From IMG/VR virus record IMGVR_UViG_3300045988_086227: 51,105 nt of DNA. The stretch is one strand, 5' to 3'. This document shows positions 40,290-49,549 of this stretch, piece after piece; position 1 is the stretch's first letter, and each line of letters starts with the position of its first letter. The translations under genes and the position numbers were made by a program. The DNA is from a virus. The notes beneath the pieces were generated by a model that worked only from the letters and a program-made list of their open reading frames with translations, had not been told where the DNA came from and ran no database searches.

Positions 40290-40400
40290 ATGGCAATTGC
40301 GGTGCAGATTACGGCAATCATCTGCGGCACCATCGTCGCTCTGGCGTATGCCCTCGCACTGATGGTCTGGATTGTTGGAAAGTATATGAACAACGAATAA
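40290..40400 (+). CDS. Small hydrophobic peptide (36 aa, one TM segment)
   Basis: Strong RBS AGGAGGAG. Sequence MAIAVQITAIICGTIVALAYALALMVWIVGKYMNNE. Confidence 0.4.
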   Translation: MAIAVQITAIICGTIVALAYALALMVWIVGKYMNNE

Positions 40401-40417
40401 TGAAAGGACGATGAAAT

Positions 40418-41197
40418 ATGATTCAGAACAAGTTGGCGAAGCCTGCGGAAGATTCGCAAGAAAAGGCTATCGCGGAATACGAGGTTGGCGGTCAGACCGT
40501 TCGGATTAGTCCGAAGACAGTGCGAGCTTTCCTTGTCAACGGGAATGGTCAAGTTACCGATCAGGAAGTGATGATGTTCATTTCCTTGTGCAAGTATCAG
40601 CGGCTCAACCCCTTCCTGCGCGAGGCGTACCTGATTAAGTACGGCGACCAGCCTGCAACCATCGTCACCGGCAAAGAGGCGTTCATGAAGCGTGCTATGC
40701 GCAACCCGGCTTATGCAGGTTTTGAGGCTGGCGTTGTGGTGATGCTGGAGAACGGATTGATGGATAACCGTGTTGGTAGCATCGTGCTGGATGGTGAAAA
40801 ACTTGTCGGCGGATGGGCAAAGATTCACGTCAAGGGCTGGGAAGTCCCGATGATGCTCACCGTGGCGTTCGATGAGTACGTTGGGCGAAAGAGCAACGGT
40901 GAAGTCAATCAGCAGTGGAGAACGAAGCCCGCGTCCATGATCCGCAAGGTGGCAATCGTTCAGGCGCTCCGTGAAGCCTTCCCGGAAGACCTTGGCGGCA
41001 TGTATACAGCGGAGGAGCGTGCTGTTGCTGACCTCCCTGAAACCATCGTCAACCCGGATGCGTTGGAAGCTGAGACAGAGCTTATCGAGCCTCCCATGCA
41101 GGATAATCCGGTAGAGGAAGCAAAGCCAGTGCGGCAGAATACGATTCAAACAGACAGCAAGAAAAGCAGCGCAAGGGACGCGCTGTTCGGCAAGTAA
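40418..41197 (+). CDS. recT: RecT-family single-strand annealing protein
   Basis: Pattern FISLCKYQRLNPFLREAYLIKYGDQPATIVTGKEAFMKRA...KVAIVQALREAFPE. Confidence 0.85.
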   Translation: MIQNKLAKPAEDSQEKAIAEYEVGGQTVRISPKTVRAFLVNGNGQVTDQEVMMFISLCKYQRLNPFLREAYLIKYGDQPATIVTGKEAFMKRAMRNPAYAGFEAGVVVMLENGLMDNRVGSIVLDGEKLVGGWAKIHVKGWEVPMMLTVAFDEYVGRKSNGEVNQQWRTKPASMIRKVAIVQALREAFPEDLGGMYTAEERAVADLPETIVNPDALEAETELIEPPMQDNPVEEAKPVRQNTIQTDSKKSSARDALFGK

Positions 41198-41253
41198 AAA
41201 CGACCCTTTCCGGTGGGTGGTTAAACCGGCATCGTTTTGAAAGGTGAAATAGC

Positions 41254-41406
41254 ATGATGATTCAGATCGCGAAGGCAGAGGATATGCAGACCGTGGCGGT
41301 TATTCTGTTCAAGAATGGCTACACGGTGAAGAAGCAAACGACGAAGAACACCGCAGGCAAGGCAGTCACCTACCTTATAGCGGAGAAGGATGGTGTCCAT
41401 GAATAA
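41254..41406 (+). CDS. Small hypothetical protein (50 aa)
   Basis: RBS AAAGGTGA. Overlaps the ssb start. Confidence 0.4.
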   Translation: MMIQIAKAEDMQTVAVILFKNGYTVKKQTTKNTAGKAVTYLIAEKDGVHE

Positions 41407-41821
41407 GCTCATCCTGATTGGGAATCTGACCAAGGCACCTGAGCTGAGAACTACGCAGAGCGGCACGAAGGTATGCAATTTCGACATTGCTGTCAATGAT
41501 AAGCGCGGCGGGCAAAACAGTGTGCAGTATTTCCGCGTGAATGCTTGGCGGCAGTTGGGCGAGCTTTGCGCAAAGTATTTAGCAAAGGGACGCAAGGTGT
41601 TCGTCTCTGGCGCTTTGAGCTATCACACATATCAGGCAGCCGACGGAAGCACTCGCGTGCAGCTGGAAGTGACGGCAGACGACGTAGAGTTCCTATCCAG
41701 CCGAAGCGATGACAGTCCATCGGATACCGACGATGCTTCACCTGTTGCTCCTGTCGATTCCGCGCCGACCGCGCAGAATAACGGCTTCACGGCGGTCGAA
41801 ACCGACGACTTGCCTTTCTGA
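41399..41821 (+). CDS. ssb: Single-stranded DNA-binding protein
   Basis: OB-fold N-terminus MNKLILIGNLTKAPELRTTQSGTKV and the acidic C-terminal tip DDLPF. Confidence 0.9.
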   Translation: MNKLILIGNLTKAPELRTTQSGTKVCNFDIAVNDKRGGQNSVQYFRVNAWRQLGELCAKYLAKGRKVFVSGALSYHTYQAADGSTRVQLEVTADDVEFLSSRSDDSPSDTDDASPVAPVDSAPTAQNNGFTAVETDDLPF

Positions 41822-41836
41822 TAGGAGGTTCTCCCT

Positions 41837-42160
41837 ATGACCATCGAAGAGAAAATGAATATCACGACGTGGCGGGCGCGGCAGCTCGCATATCTGGAAG
41901 AGCTGTACGCCCCGCGCGAACACATGGGCAAGCTGATGAGCCACCTCGGCGCACGGCACGTCTACATCCAGCTCTACAACACCATGCGCAACGCGCTGAA
42001 AAGTATGCCGGAGCAGCCGAACACCTACGTCGCGATGGCGGTCTACCGCAAACTGCGCGAGGACATGTTCACGCTGGATGACATGCTCGACCAGCTGGAG
42101 GACACGGGGCTGTTCGACCCCGACGAGTGCGACCAGGACGAAATGGAGGGACTGCAATGA
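41837..42160 (+). CDS. Hypothetical protein
   Basis: 107-aa ORF with an acidic C-terminus. No motif recognised. Confidence 0.5.
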   Translation: MTIEEKMNITTWRARQLAYLEELYAPREHMGKLMSHLGARHVYIQLYNTMRNALKSMPEQPNTYVAMAVYRKLREDMFTLDDMLDQLEDTGLFDPDECDQDEMEGLQ

Positions 42161-42456
42161 GCCTGAACCCGATTGGCTACGTCGTCCAGATTCACGTCAC
42201 GGACGATATGTGCCTGTACTTCACCCACCTGACCCGTGGCGGGCTGGAACTGACCGCCGACCTTGACAAGGCAATGCTCTTCGACACCGTGGAGCGCGCC
42301 CGCGACTTCGCTTTCCACGCCAGCTACATTCTGCAAGTGGACGAGCAGAAGTTCACAGTGGAGGCTTGCTTCGAGATGGTGACGCCTGATGGCGAACTGG
42401 ACTTGGTGGAGGAATCGCACCTGCTTCACCCAGACGAGACGGAGGAAACGCTGTGA
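42157..42456 (+). CDS. Hypothetical protein
   Basis: ATG follows GGAGGG and overlaps the upstream stop (ATGA). Confidence 0.5.
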   Translation: MSLNPIGYVVQIHVTDDMCLYFTHLTRGGLELTADLDKAMLFDTVERARDFAFHASYILQVDEQKFTVEACFEMVTPDGELDLVEESHLLHPDETEETL

Positions 42457-42544
42457 TTTGCAAGCAGTGCGGCGCGAGCTTCTCCCCGCGCACCGTCGTG
42501 CAGATCAACCGCCTTGAACCGGGCAGCATCGTCCGCATGGTCGG

Positions 42545-42769
42545 GTGAATCATTGGGTTCGGCGATGGCTGCCAATGATGGACTTCAGCGAGTATACAGT
42601 CAAGCAATCAGGTTACAGCCATTTGCCTCTGGAAAGCAAAATCAAGTACCTATCAATGGTCACAGGCTTTCGGGAATTGACTGTCTGTGACGACGTTACT
42701 GAGCATTACGAATACTGGAAAAACAACATCAACAGCAATCCGAATGATTGCTGCAATCTGAGGATGTGA
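42545..42769 (+). CDS. Hypothetical protein in a lower-GC patch
   Basis: 74-aa ORF. GTG overlaps the stop of a possible 31-codon micro-ORF (42453..42548). Confidence 0.4.
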   Translation: MNHWVRRWLPMMDFSEYTVKQSGYSHLPLESKIKYLSMVTGFRELTVCDDVTEHYEYWKNNINSNPNDCCNLRM

Positions 42770-42773
42770 TTAA

Positions 42774-43133
42774 ATGGGCAAAGCATCAAGGGACAAGGGC
42801 GCTCGCTTCGAGCGTTCCCTTGCCTCCAAGTTCCGGGAATACGGCTATGATGCCCGCAGAACGGCGCAGTATTGCGGCAAGACGGGCGATGCGTCTGACG
42901 TAGTAGGACTACCCGGAATCCACGTGGAGGCGAAGCACGTCGAGCAGATGCGCCTCTATGAGTGGATGACACAGGCAATCCGTGACGCAGAAGCAGGGGG
43001 TGGAAACACCCTCCCTGCCGTGTTTCACAAGAAGAACAATGCGGATATTCTCGTAACAATGCGGCTTTCGGACTGGATGAACCTTTATACGGAGTGGGAA
43101 GCCGGACACGACCTGAAAGAGAAGGAGCAGTAG
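42774..43133 (+). CDS. Holliday junction resolvase-like PD-(D/E)XK nuclease
   Basis: Pattern RDKGARFERSLASKFREYGY...GDASDVVGLPGIHVEAKH. Confidence 0.65.
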   Translation: MGKASRDKGARFERSLASKFREYGYDARRTAQYCGKTGDASDVVGLPGIHVEAKHVEQMRLYEWMTQAIRDAEAGGGNTLPAVFHKKNNADILVTMRLSDWMNLYTEWEAGHDLKEKEQ

Positions 43134-43136
43134 GCA

Positions 43137-43412
43137 ATGAAAGGTTGTTACAAGGCATCGTGGTATACCTGCGGCGGGAAAAAAGTCCCGATTCAGTCCA
43201 ATGCTCTCACGATGTATGCTTTTAACTTCACGAAACTGGTCGAGAAGGCGAAGGCACTCAGCTTCCACAACTCCTACGTTGGAATCATCCAAGCACGGCG
43301 CGGTGAGGTAGGGTGCAAAGAAACGTGGAAGCCCTATGCGGCAGTATATAACGGCTGCGAAAAGGACGAGAAAAGCCGGAAGCAAATGTTCCATGATTGG
43401 GGGTGGATGTGA
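43137..43412 (+). CDS. Hypothetical protein
   Basis: 91-aa ORF. No motif recognised. Confidence 0.45.
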   Translation: MKGCYKASWYTCGGKKVPIQSNALTMYAFNFTKLVEKAKALSFHNSYVGIIQARRGEVGCKETWKPYAAVYNGCEKDEKSRKQMFHDWGWM

Positions 43413-43487
43413 TGGTATTGTGGATTGTCCTTGGACTTGTTCTCATGTTTTATATTACATACAGGAACGAAACGCACGGAGGCTGAA

Positions 43488-43751
43488 ATGATTGAGAATG
43501 CAGCGCTTCTCGCTGGCGCGGTTATCAAGCGTGCCATACTGGATTACAAAGACCGCCTCCGGTGCTACAAAACGCTGGACGAATACAGGGAATCCAGCTC
43601 GTTAGAACTGAAAGAGCTGGAAGCCTTCTTCCGGTCGTCTTGGTGCGACATTCTTTGCGAACTTTGCGGCTACGAAAGCGGCGAGGGCATCATGCTACAA
43701 TGCAAAAAGGAAGCCATGAAGAGATGGCACAAGAAAGGAAATGCCAAGTGA
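43488..43751 (+). CDS. Hypothetical protein
   Basis: ATG follows GGAGG, 87 aa. A 24-codon hydrophobic micro-ORF (43412..43486) may precede it. Confidence 0.45.
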   Translation: MIENAALLAGAVIKRAILDYKDRLRCYKTLDEYRESSSLELKELEAFFRSSWCDILCELCGYESGEGIMLQCKKEAMKRWHKKGNAK

Positions 43752-43828
43752 TTAAGATTGAGAACGTTGTGGTGAGCGGATGGGAAGCCGCTGGATTGAG
43801 ACTTTACCCTATTCGGAGGTGATAACGG

Positions 43829-44071
43829 GTGAACGAGACGCACAAGCGCCCGAAGCAGACTGAACGTGTTCTTTCCTACATGCGTCGAAATGGCAGTATT
43901 ACGACACTTGACGCGATGCTCGACCTCGGTGTGCTGCGATTGGCAAGCCGCATCAGCGAACTGAAAAAAGATGGATACACCATCAAGCGCGATTGGGTGA
44001 AGGTAAAAAACCGGTTTGGCGAGGAGTGCAGCATCTTGCGGTATTCCCTTGATATGGACAAGCCGGAATAA
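43829..44071 (+). CDS. Winged-helix DNA-binding protein
   Basis: Pattern RVLSYMRRNGSITTLDAMLDLGVLRLASRISELKKDGYTI. Confidence 0.6.
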   Translation: MNETHKRPKQTERVLSYMRRNGSITTLDAMLDLGVLRLASRISELKKDGYTIKRDWVKVKNRFGEECSILRYSLDMDKPE

Positions 44072-44101
44072 CGATTACAGGTACGGAGGGAGGTGGTTCT
44101 T

Positions 44102-44962
44102 ATGGCGGAAAGTAAGAAGTATTACTACATGCGCCTACAAGAAGGATATTTCGACAGCGATGAGCAAATCTTGCTTGAATCCATGCCTGACGGCTATCTG
44201 TACAGCAACATCCTGCTGAAGCTGTACCTGAAATCCCTGAAACGGAACGGCTTGCTGATGTTTAACGAACGCATCCCCTATAATGCGCAGATGATTGCCA
44301 CCATTACTCGTCACCAGATAGGAACGGTGGAGAAGGCGATGGAAATTTTCCAGCAGCTCGGAATTGTCGAAGTGCTGGATAGCGGTGCAATCTACATGAT
44401 GGATGTGCAGAACTATGTGGGGAAAACCTCAACGGAAGCAGACCGCATCCGGGCGTACCGCGCGAAGGTGGAGGAAGAGAAGAACAAGGCGCAGCCGCTC
44501 CCGGAATCCACTTGTACAAATAAACAGGATAGTTTGTACATTTGTACACCAGAGAAAGAGAAAGAGAAAAAGAAAGAAAAAGAGAAAAAGACTATAATGC
44601 CCGTTTCTGACGAAACGGACTGCGTGGACAGCCCGAAAAAGCAGAAGAACAAAGAGCTGTATTCCGAAATTGTTTCCTATCTCAACAAAAAGGCAGGGAC
44701 AAAATATCGCCCCTCCACCCCGAAAACGCAAGCGCTGATTCGAGCGCGAGAATCAGAAGGGTTTTCCCTTGATGACTTCAAGATTGTCATTGACAAGAAG
44801 TGCGCCGAATGGATTGGTGACGAGCGCATGGAGCAGTACTTGCGCCCAGAAACCTTGTTCGGGACGAAGTTCGAGGCGTACTTGAACGCTAAGCCCTCAA
44901 AGAGACAGACGGACACGGGAATCACGCACGGCGACCAGAACGACCTCGACGACCTATTTTGA
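44102..44962 (+). CDS. Replisome organizer / DnaD-like replication initiation protein
   Basis: The N-terminus KKYYYMRLQEGYFDSDEQILLESMPDGYLYSNILLKLYL is Phage_rep_org_N-like. The C-terminus is YLNKKAGTKYRPSTPKTQALIRARESEGFSLDDFKIVID. Confidence 0.75.
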   Translation: MAESKKYYYMRLQEGYFDSDEQILLESMPDGYLYSNILLKLYLKSLKRNGLLMFNERIPYNAQMIATITRHQIGTVEKAMEIFQQLGIVEVLDSGAIYMMDVQNYVGKTSTEADRIRAYRAKVEEEKNKAQPLPESTCTNKQDSLYICTPEKEKEKKKEKEKKTIMPVSDETDCVDSPKKQKNKELYSEIVSYLNKKAGTKYRPSTPKTQALIRARESEGFSLDDFKIVIDKKCAEWIGDERMEQYLRPETLFGTKFEAYLNAKPSKRQTDTGITHGDQNDLDDLF

Positions 44963-44973
44963 CGAAAGGATGA

Positions 44974-45807
44974 ATGCACATGTCGGAAATGTATAAAGCG
45001 ATGGTTGACGCGATAAGCGCAAACGTGCAGAAGCCTGCCAGCGAGTACATGGGCGCGGACGGCTTCTTGCATTGCTCCGTCTGCAAAGCGCAGACACAGA
45101 CCCGCGTTGTTGTCGAAGCGCTTGGCATAAACAAGGTTGTTCGTTGCGTCTGCGATTGCGTCGTGAAGCAGCAGGCAGAGGAGGAAATGCGCAGGCGGCA
45201 GGAGGAGTTCGACCGCAAGCGACGCATTTGTTTCGCGGAAACCAACATGGCGGGCTGGACGTTTGAAAACGATGACCGCAAGAACGAAAAGTTGTCCGAC
45301 GCTATGCAGAAATACGCGGACAATTTCGGAAAATACCGGAAGGAAGGCAAGGGACTGCTTCTTCATGGCACGGTCGGCACAGGCAAAACCTACTTTGCAG
45401 CCTGCATCGCGAACCGCTTGATTGACAACGGCTATGACGTGCTGATGACCAACTTCGCACGGCTTTCGAACCAGATTCAAGGATCGTATGAAAAACAGAA
45501 GGTCATCGACGATCTGAACGAGTATCATCTGGTTGTCATTGACGACCTCGGCGCGGAAAGGACGTCGGAGTATATGCAGGAGATGGTTTTCAACATCATC
45601 GACAGCAGATACCGCTCCGGGCTTCCCTTCATCATCACGACTAACCTGCCGATGGAGGAAATCAAAAAGCCGCAGGATCGCAGCAGTGCGCGAATCTACG
45701 ACCGCATCCTGCAACGCTGTTTTCCGGTGGAGGTGTCTGGTTCAAGCAGGCGCAGGCAGGAAGTAAAAGATACATACCTTGATATGAAAAACGAGCTGGG
45801 TCTGTAA
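44974..45807 (+). CDS. DnaC/IstB-like helicase loader ATPase
   Basis: Walker A GTVGTGKT and Walker B VVIDDLGAE. Confidence 0.8.
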   Translation: MHMSEMYKAMVDAISANVQKPASEYMGADGFLHCSVCKAQTQTRVVVEALGINKVVRCVCDCVVKQQAEEEMRRRQEEFDRKRRICFAETNMAGWTFENDDRKNEKLSDAMQKYADNFGKYRKEGKGLLLHGTVGTGKTYFAACIANRLIDNGYDVLMTNFARLSNQIQGSYEKQKVIDDLNEYHLVVIDDLGAERTSEYMQEMVFNIIDSRYRSGLPFIITTNLPMEEIKKPQDRSSARIYDRILQRCFPVEVSGSSRRRQEVKDTYLDMKNELGL

Positions 45808-45820
45808 GGAGGCAGAAACA

Positions 45821-46153
45821 ATGACTTTGGATGAGTATCAGCAGGCAGCTAAGCGCACGATGAATCCGGCGCTTAGTTTTGAAGAGACCTCGCGCCATGC
45901 CTTGCACGGCATGTGCGCGGAACTTGGCGAGGTGCACGGCGAGTATCAGAAGTTCTATCAGGGTCACGACATGGACGCGGAGCACGTCATGAAGGAGGTT
46001 GGCGACCTCCTGTGGATGATTGCCGAGTTCTGCACGGTCAACGGCTGGAGGCTTGATGCGGTTGCGCGGATGAACATTGACAAGCTCCGCGCTCGTTACC
46101 CTGACGGATTCGCCGCTGTAAGGTCTCAGCATCGCGCGGAGGGCGATGTCTAA
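45821..46153 (+). CDS. mazG: MazG-like nucleotide pyrophosphohydrolase
   Basis: The ALHGMCAELGEVHGEY and EVGDLLWMIAEF patterns are typical of small MazG proteins. Confidence 0.75.
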   Translation: MTLDEYQQAAKRTMNPALSFEETSRHALHGMCAELGEVHGEYQKFYQGHDMDAEHVMKEVGDLLWMIAEFCTVNGWRLDAVARMNIDKLRARYPDGFAAVRSQHRAEGDV

Positions 46154-46182
46154 GAAAACACGGTAACTGAGGAGGAAAAGGC

Positions 46183-46689
46183 ATGAACAGCGAACTATTG
46201 CGTAATGGCAGCGGGTATGTTGACCCGACGGCTGCGCAGGCAATCAGAAATATGGTGTGTCCCGGAGAAATCTGGTCTACGACACTCGGAAAGGAAGTGC
46301 TGATCCTCAAAGATAACGGCGTGGTTTGCACGGTTCTGATTTTGCAAGAGGAAGAAAAGGCGGGATGCATCGAGGTTGTAAGTCGGTCGAAGCGGTGGTG
46401 CAATCCGAAATTCCTGACGTACACCCTGCGGCAGAATATCGGCGGCTTTATCAAGCGGATGCACGACGATGAATACGGCTACATCCGGCAGCGCGTGCAA
46501 GAGGCGATGGGCTTTGCTGGAGGCGCGGGTGAAGGGCAGAAAGAAGTACATGCCCTGAAAGCGGAAAACGAGAAGCTGCGGAAACAACTACATGAGAGCG
46601 AGCTTGCGAGGCAGCGTGAGAAGGAAGAAGTGCTGCCGTATAAGCGCATGTACTACGACCTGTGGGATAGGTATACCAAGAGGGGGTGA
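46183..46689 (+). CDS. Hypothetical protein
   Basis: 168 aa. The N-terminal GSGYVDPTAAQAI motif is common in small phage proteins. Confidence 0.5.
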   Translation: MNSELLRNGSGYVDPTAAQAIRNMVCPGEIWSTTLGKEVLILKDNGVVCTVLILQEEEKAGCIEVVSRSKRWCNPKFLTYTLRQNIGGFIKRMHDDEYGYIRQRVQEAMGFAGGAGEGQKEVHALKAENEKLRKQLHESELARQREKEEVLPYKRMYYDLWDRYTKRG

Positions 46690-46693
46690 ACAG

Positions 46694-47113
46694 ATGACAG
46701 CGAAAGAATATCTGCAGCAAGTGCGCACCATAGACGAGCGCATTAACTGCAAGCTGGCGGACGTGGCGCGGTTGCAAGACATGGCGACGCGCATCACGCC
46801 TGTTCTGCGAGACGATGTTGCGCATGGTGGCGGTGGAACGCAAGACCGAATGGCAGACACGATTGCAAGAATCATCGACCTCAAAGCGGAAATCAATGGC
46901 GACATAGACCAGTTGGTGGATAAAAAAAGAGAAGTAACCGCAAAGCTGGACAAGCTGACCAATAGGAGATATTATACTGTGCTTTTCCGCAAGTATATCC
47001 TCTTTGAGACGGTTGAGCAAATCGCGTGTGAAATGAACTGTACATGGCGAAACGTGTGCCATCTGCACAAAAAGGCACTGGCTGTCTTTGCAAAGGTAAT
47101 GGAGGATGAGTGA
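46694..47113 (+). CDS. DUF1492-like / sigma-70 region 4-like late transcription regulator
   Basis: YLQQVRTIDERINCKLADVARL and the C-terminal HTH-like YTVLFRKYILFETVEQIACEMNCTWRNVCHLHKKAL. Confidence 0.6.
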   Translation: MTAKEYLQQVRTIDERINCKLADVARLQDMATRITPVLRDDVAHGGGGTQDRMADTIARIIDLKAEINGDIDQLVDKKREVTAKLDKLTNRRYYTVLFRKYILFETVEQIACEMNCTWRNVCHLHKKALAVFAKVMEDE

Positions 47114-47670
47114 TGGAAAAAAAGCTGAAATGCCCCTACTGTGGACGCAGCATGGAGCTGAAAAACGGAAAGACACTCGATTACTGGTACTCCTGCACTG
47201 AGTGCGACGTGGACACGCCTGCTGCGCGTGGTAGGGCGCTTGCCTACCAGCGGGCAGTGGAGTGGACACTTGCTGTTCTCGGAACGTGTGACGCGCTGTC
47301 GGATGCACTTGGCATCAGAAAGACGCACCCGATGGAAACCGTGCCGCTGGAAACGCTACTGGGCGAAGTGAAAAAGCTGCAACAGACACTGGGAAACAGA
47401 GTCTTGACGCTGGACGAAGTCACCGCAGACGCAGAAAAAGAGGATTGGTCATTTATATGGATAGAGCGGAAATATGACGAAAAATATGCGCTGCAATACT
47501 GCGCATGGTATGCGACCAGCGCATGGGTAATTCTCGTGCTTCCGGCTGGCGAAAAAAAGATTTACGAATTAAAGTCGGACTACGGGAAAACGTGGCGGTG
47601 CTGGATGCGGAAGCCGAGCTTTGAGGAAATGGATGAAACGCCGTGGGAGGCGAAACACAATGAGCATTAA
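47113..47670 (+). CDS. Lar-like zinc-ribbon N-terminus fused to a WRCW-type C-terminal domain (paralog 1)
   Basis: LKCPYCGRSM...YSCTECDVDTP plus RVLTLDEV...YGKTWRCWMRKPSFEEMDETPWE. Confidence 0.6.
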   Translation: MEKKLKCPYCGRSMELKNGKTLDYWYSCTECDVDTPAARGRALAYQRAVEWTLAVLGTCDALSDALGIRKTHPMETVPLETLLGEVKKLQQTLGNRVLTLDEVTADAEKEDWSFIWIERKYDEKYALQYCAWYATSAWVILVLPAGEKKIYELKSDYGKTWRCWMRKPSFEEMDETPWEAKHNEH

Positions 47671-48217
47671 GCCTATTTCGTTCAATGCAGCAAGGGTACA
47701 AGCGATTCTCAAGGGGAGAAAAACGCAGGAGCGAAGAATTGTCAAAGGTCTTGATGGGCTTCGCGCTTATCGCGCAGAGCCTTCTGGAGATGAGAACTAC
47801 GAACAATGGGATTTTCTCTATGGTGGTGCGCTACCGGGTGGAGGATTGTTCGATGCCTATCAAACGATAAAAGCCCCATATGCTGTCGGCGACATCCTGT
47901 GGGTTCGGGAAACGTGGTGTGCGTACTATTTGCCGCATGGAGCAACTGTTTACGCATATCGAGCAACCGATCCGAACGGGAACAAGAGACCGACAGGAAC
48001 GGAATATGATGACCCATGGGAGATTTCTCCTTGGGAACCATCAAACCACATGCCGAAGGAAGCAGCTCGCATCTTTCTGCGGGTAACGGAAGTGCTTCCA
48101 GAACTTGACATGTATATGCACTGCTGGGTGTGGGTGATTAAGTTTGAACGCTGCGAAAAGCCAGATTTTGCAACAAGTAAAACAGGGATTGGAAAAAAAA
48201 GGTGTGACCGATGCTGA
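47660..48217 (+). CDS. ASCH-like domain protein
   Basis: Motifs ISFNAARVQAILKGRKTQERR, GDILWVRETW and WEPSNHMPKEAARIFLRVTEV. Confidence 0.6.
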   Translation: MSIKPISFNAARVQAILKGRKTQERRIVKGLDGLRAYRAEPSGDENYEQWDFLYGGALPGGGLFDAYQTIKAPYAVGDILWVRETWCAYYLPHGATVYAYRATDPNGNKRPTGTEYDDPWEISPWEPSNHMPKEAARIFLRVTEVLPELDMYMHCWVWVIKFERCEKPDFATSKTGIGKKRCDRC

Positions 48218-48387
48218 AAACGCCTAATGAAATCAAAAGAGGGCTGGAAACATGCGCACGCGATGAAGATTGCAGGGGCTGCCCGTACTATACCGAGGTT
48301 TACGGCGCGAGTTGCATCACGCACTGGATGCCATACCCGGAAGCGCCAAAGGGCAAGTCGTGGGAAGGAGAAGAAGTGGATGAGTGA
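48211..48387 (+). CDS. Small Cys-rich protein with a DUF551-like tail
   Basis: MLKTPNEIKRGLETCARDEDCRGCPYY...ITHWMPYPEAPK. Overlaps both neighbouring genes. Confidence 0.4.
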   Translation: MLKTPNEIKRGLETCARDEDCRGCPYYTEVYGASCITHWMPYPEAPKGKSWEGEEVDE

Positions 48388-48793
48388 GAAAAGAGGAGCG
48401 CCGAGATGTCCATTTTGTGGCGCGTTAATGCAACCCAAGCAAAAACTATACGGGTTAGAATCATATGGATTCAATGAAAACGATGCAATATATTGGTATG
48501 AATGTTGCAACTGGAAGTGCGGAGCACACAGCCCACTAAGAGAAACAGCAGAAGAAGCCTACGCAGTAGCTGTTAAACTTACACAGGATTGGGTATCTGT
48601 TGCAGACAAACTTCCCGAAAGTGAAATGTATGTACTTGGTTTCAACGAGAAAGAACAGCACGAATATTACAATTTGCGTTTTTATCCAGATGCGCAGGAG
48701 TTTTGTGACGACATGTACCCCGGCAAGCCCGTGAGCATCACGCACTGGATGCCGCTGCCGGAAGCGCCGAAGGAGGACGAAGAGGATGAATAA
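48380..48793 (+). CDS. Lar-like zinc ribbon fused to a DUF551-like domain (paralog 2)
   Basis: APRCPFCGALM...YECCNWKCGAHSP plus VSVADKLPESEMYVLGF...ITHWMPLPEAPK. Confidence 0.6.
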   Translation: MSEKRGAPRCPFCGALMQPKQKLYGLESYGFNENDAIYWYECCNWKCGAHSPLRETAEEAYAVAVKLTQDWVSVADKLPESEMYVLGFNEKEQHEYYNLRFYPDAQEFCDDMYPGKPVSITHWMPLPEAPKEDEEDE

Positions 48794-49280
48794 TGAAAAG
48801 AAACAAGCCCCGCGCTGTCCGTACTGCGGCACGAAGATGCGCTTAGAGGACAACGAGGACGTGCTCTTCGGACTGTTCGCGGACGAGGAGAAAATGTACT
48901 GGTATCAATGTAATGCTCCGTCGTGTGGCATCCACAGCCCTGCAAATCATACGAAAGTCGGTGCTTACAAAGCAGCCATGAAGCGCTACGAAAAACCGAA
49001 CCGGGTGCTGACGCTGGATGAAGTGCTGAAAATTGCATGTGACGACTACAACACAGAGCAAGAAACCGTGATGTATTTGGAATACAGAGAGGACTATGAA
49101 GGATATGCCATCGTTACCGATTTGGAGACGGATGGCCCGAAAATATTGCTCGAATTTTCTGGTATTGGCGGTTGTGCTAAACAAAACGAGAAAGACTATG
49201 GAAGCCTTTGGCGGTGCTGGCGGCGCAAGCCGACGAAAAACGAGCGGAAAAACACGCCGTGGGAGGACGAAGGAAGATGA
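48786..49280 (+). CDS. Lar-like zinc ribbon fused to a WRCW-type domain (paralog 3)
   Basis: APRCPYCGTKM...YQCNAPSCGIHSP plus RVLTLDEV...YGSLWRCWRRKPTKNERKNTPWE. Confidence 0.6.
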   Translation: MNNEKKQAPRCPYCGTKMRLEDNEDVLFGLFADEEKMYWYQCNAPSCGIHSPANHTKVGAYKAAMKRYEKPNRVLTLDEVLKIACDDYNTEQETVMYLEYREDYEGYAIVTDLETDGPKILLEFSGIGGCAKQNEKDYGSLWRCWRRKPTKNERKNTPWEDEGR

Positions 49281-49549
49281 ATGAGTACAAAAACCGTGTG
49301 CTGTCCCTTGCAGAACTTGCGGTAAGCGCAGGAACGCTCGTGTGGATTGAAGATAACAACGGAGACGACGAGCCGTGCGTACATGCGCGAATGGTAACGT
49401 ACTGGGAAAGTAAAAGCCACCGCATATATTTCGACGGCGGACGTGCATGGTACGCCGATTACACCTACGGCGAGACGTGGCGCTGCTGGGCACGGAAGCC
49501 CACACCGGAAGAAATGGCGAATACGCAGTGGGAGGAAAACCAAAAATGA
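49277..49549 (+). CDS. Stand-alone WRCW-type domain protein (paralog 4)
   Basis: RVLSLAEL...YGETWRCWARKPTPEEMANTQWE. ATGA overlaps at both ends. Confidence 0.55.
   Translation: MNEYKNRVLSLAELAVSAGTLVWIEDNNGDDEPCVHARMVTYWESKSHRIYFDGGRAWYADYTYGETWRCWARKPTPEEMANTQWEENQK

Noticed and set aside
42545-42769. C-terminal ...NPNDCCNLRM considered as a truncated radical-SAM CxxxCxxC motif (CNLRCxYC), i.e. a pseudogene.
   Set aside because: Only the first part of the motif is present. It sits at the extreme C-terminus after a polar stretch, not after the usual N-terminal beta-strand, so this is probably coincidence. The lower-GC composition is noted, but there is no further support.
43749-43822. 24-codon ORF VIKIENVVVSGWEAAGLRLYPIRR overlapping the preceding stop, considered as the 5' remnant of a longer phage gene whose N-terminus it resembles.
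   Set aside because: The resemblance rests on a vague memory of an N-terminal motif. The ORF is too short to evaluate without a database search.
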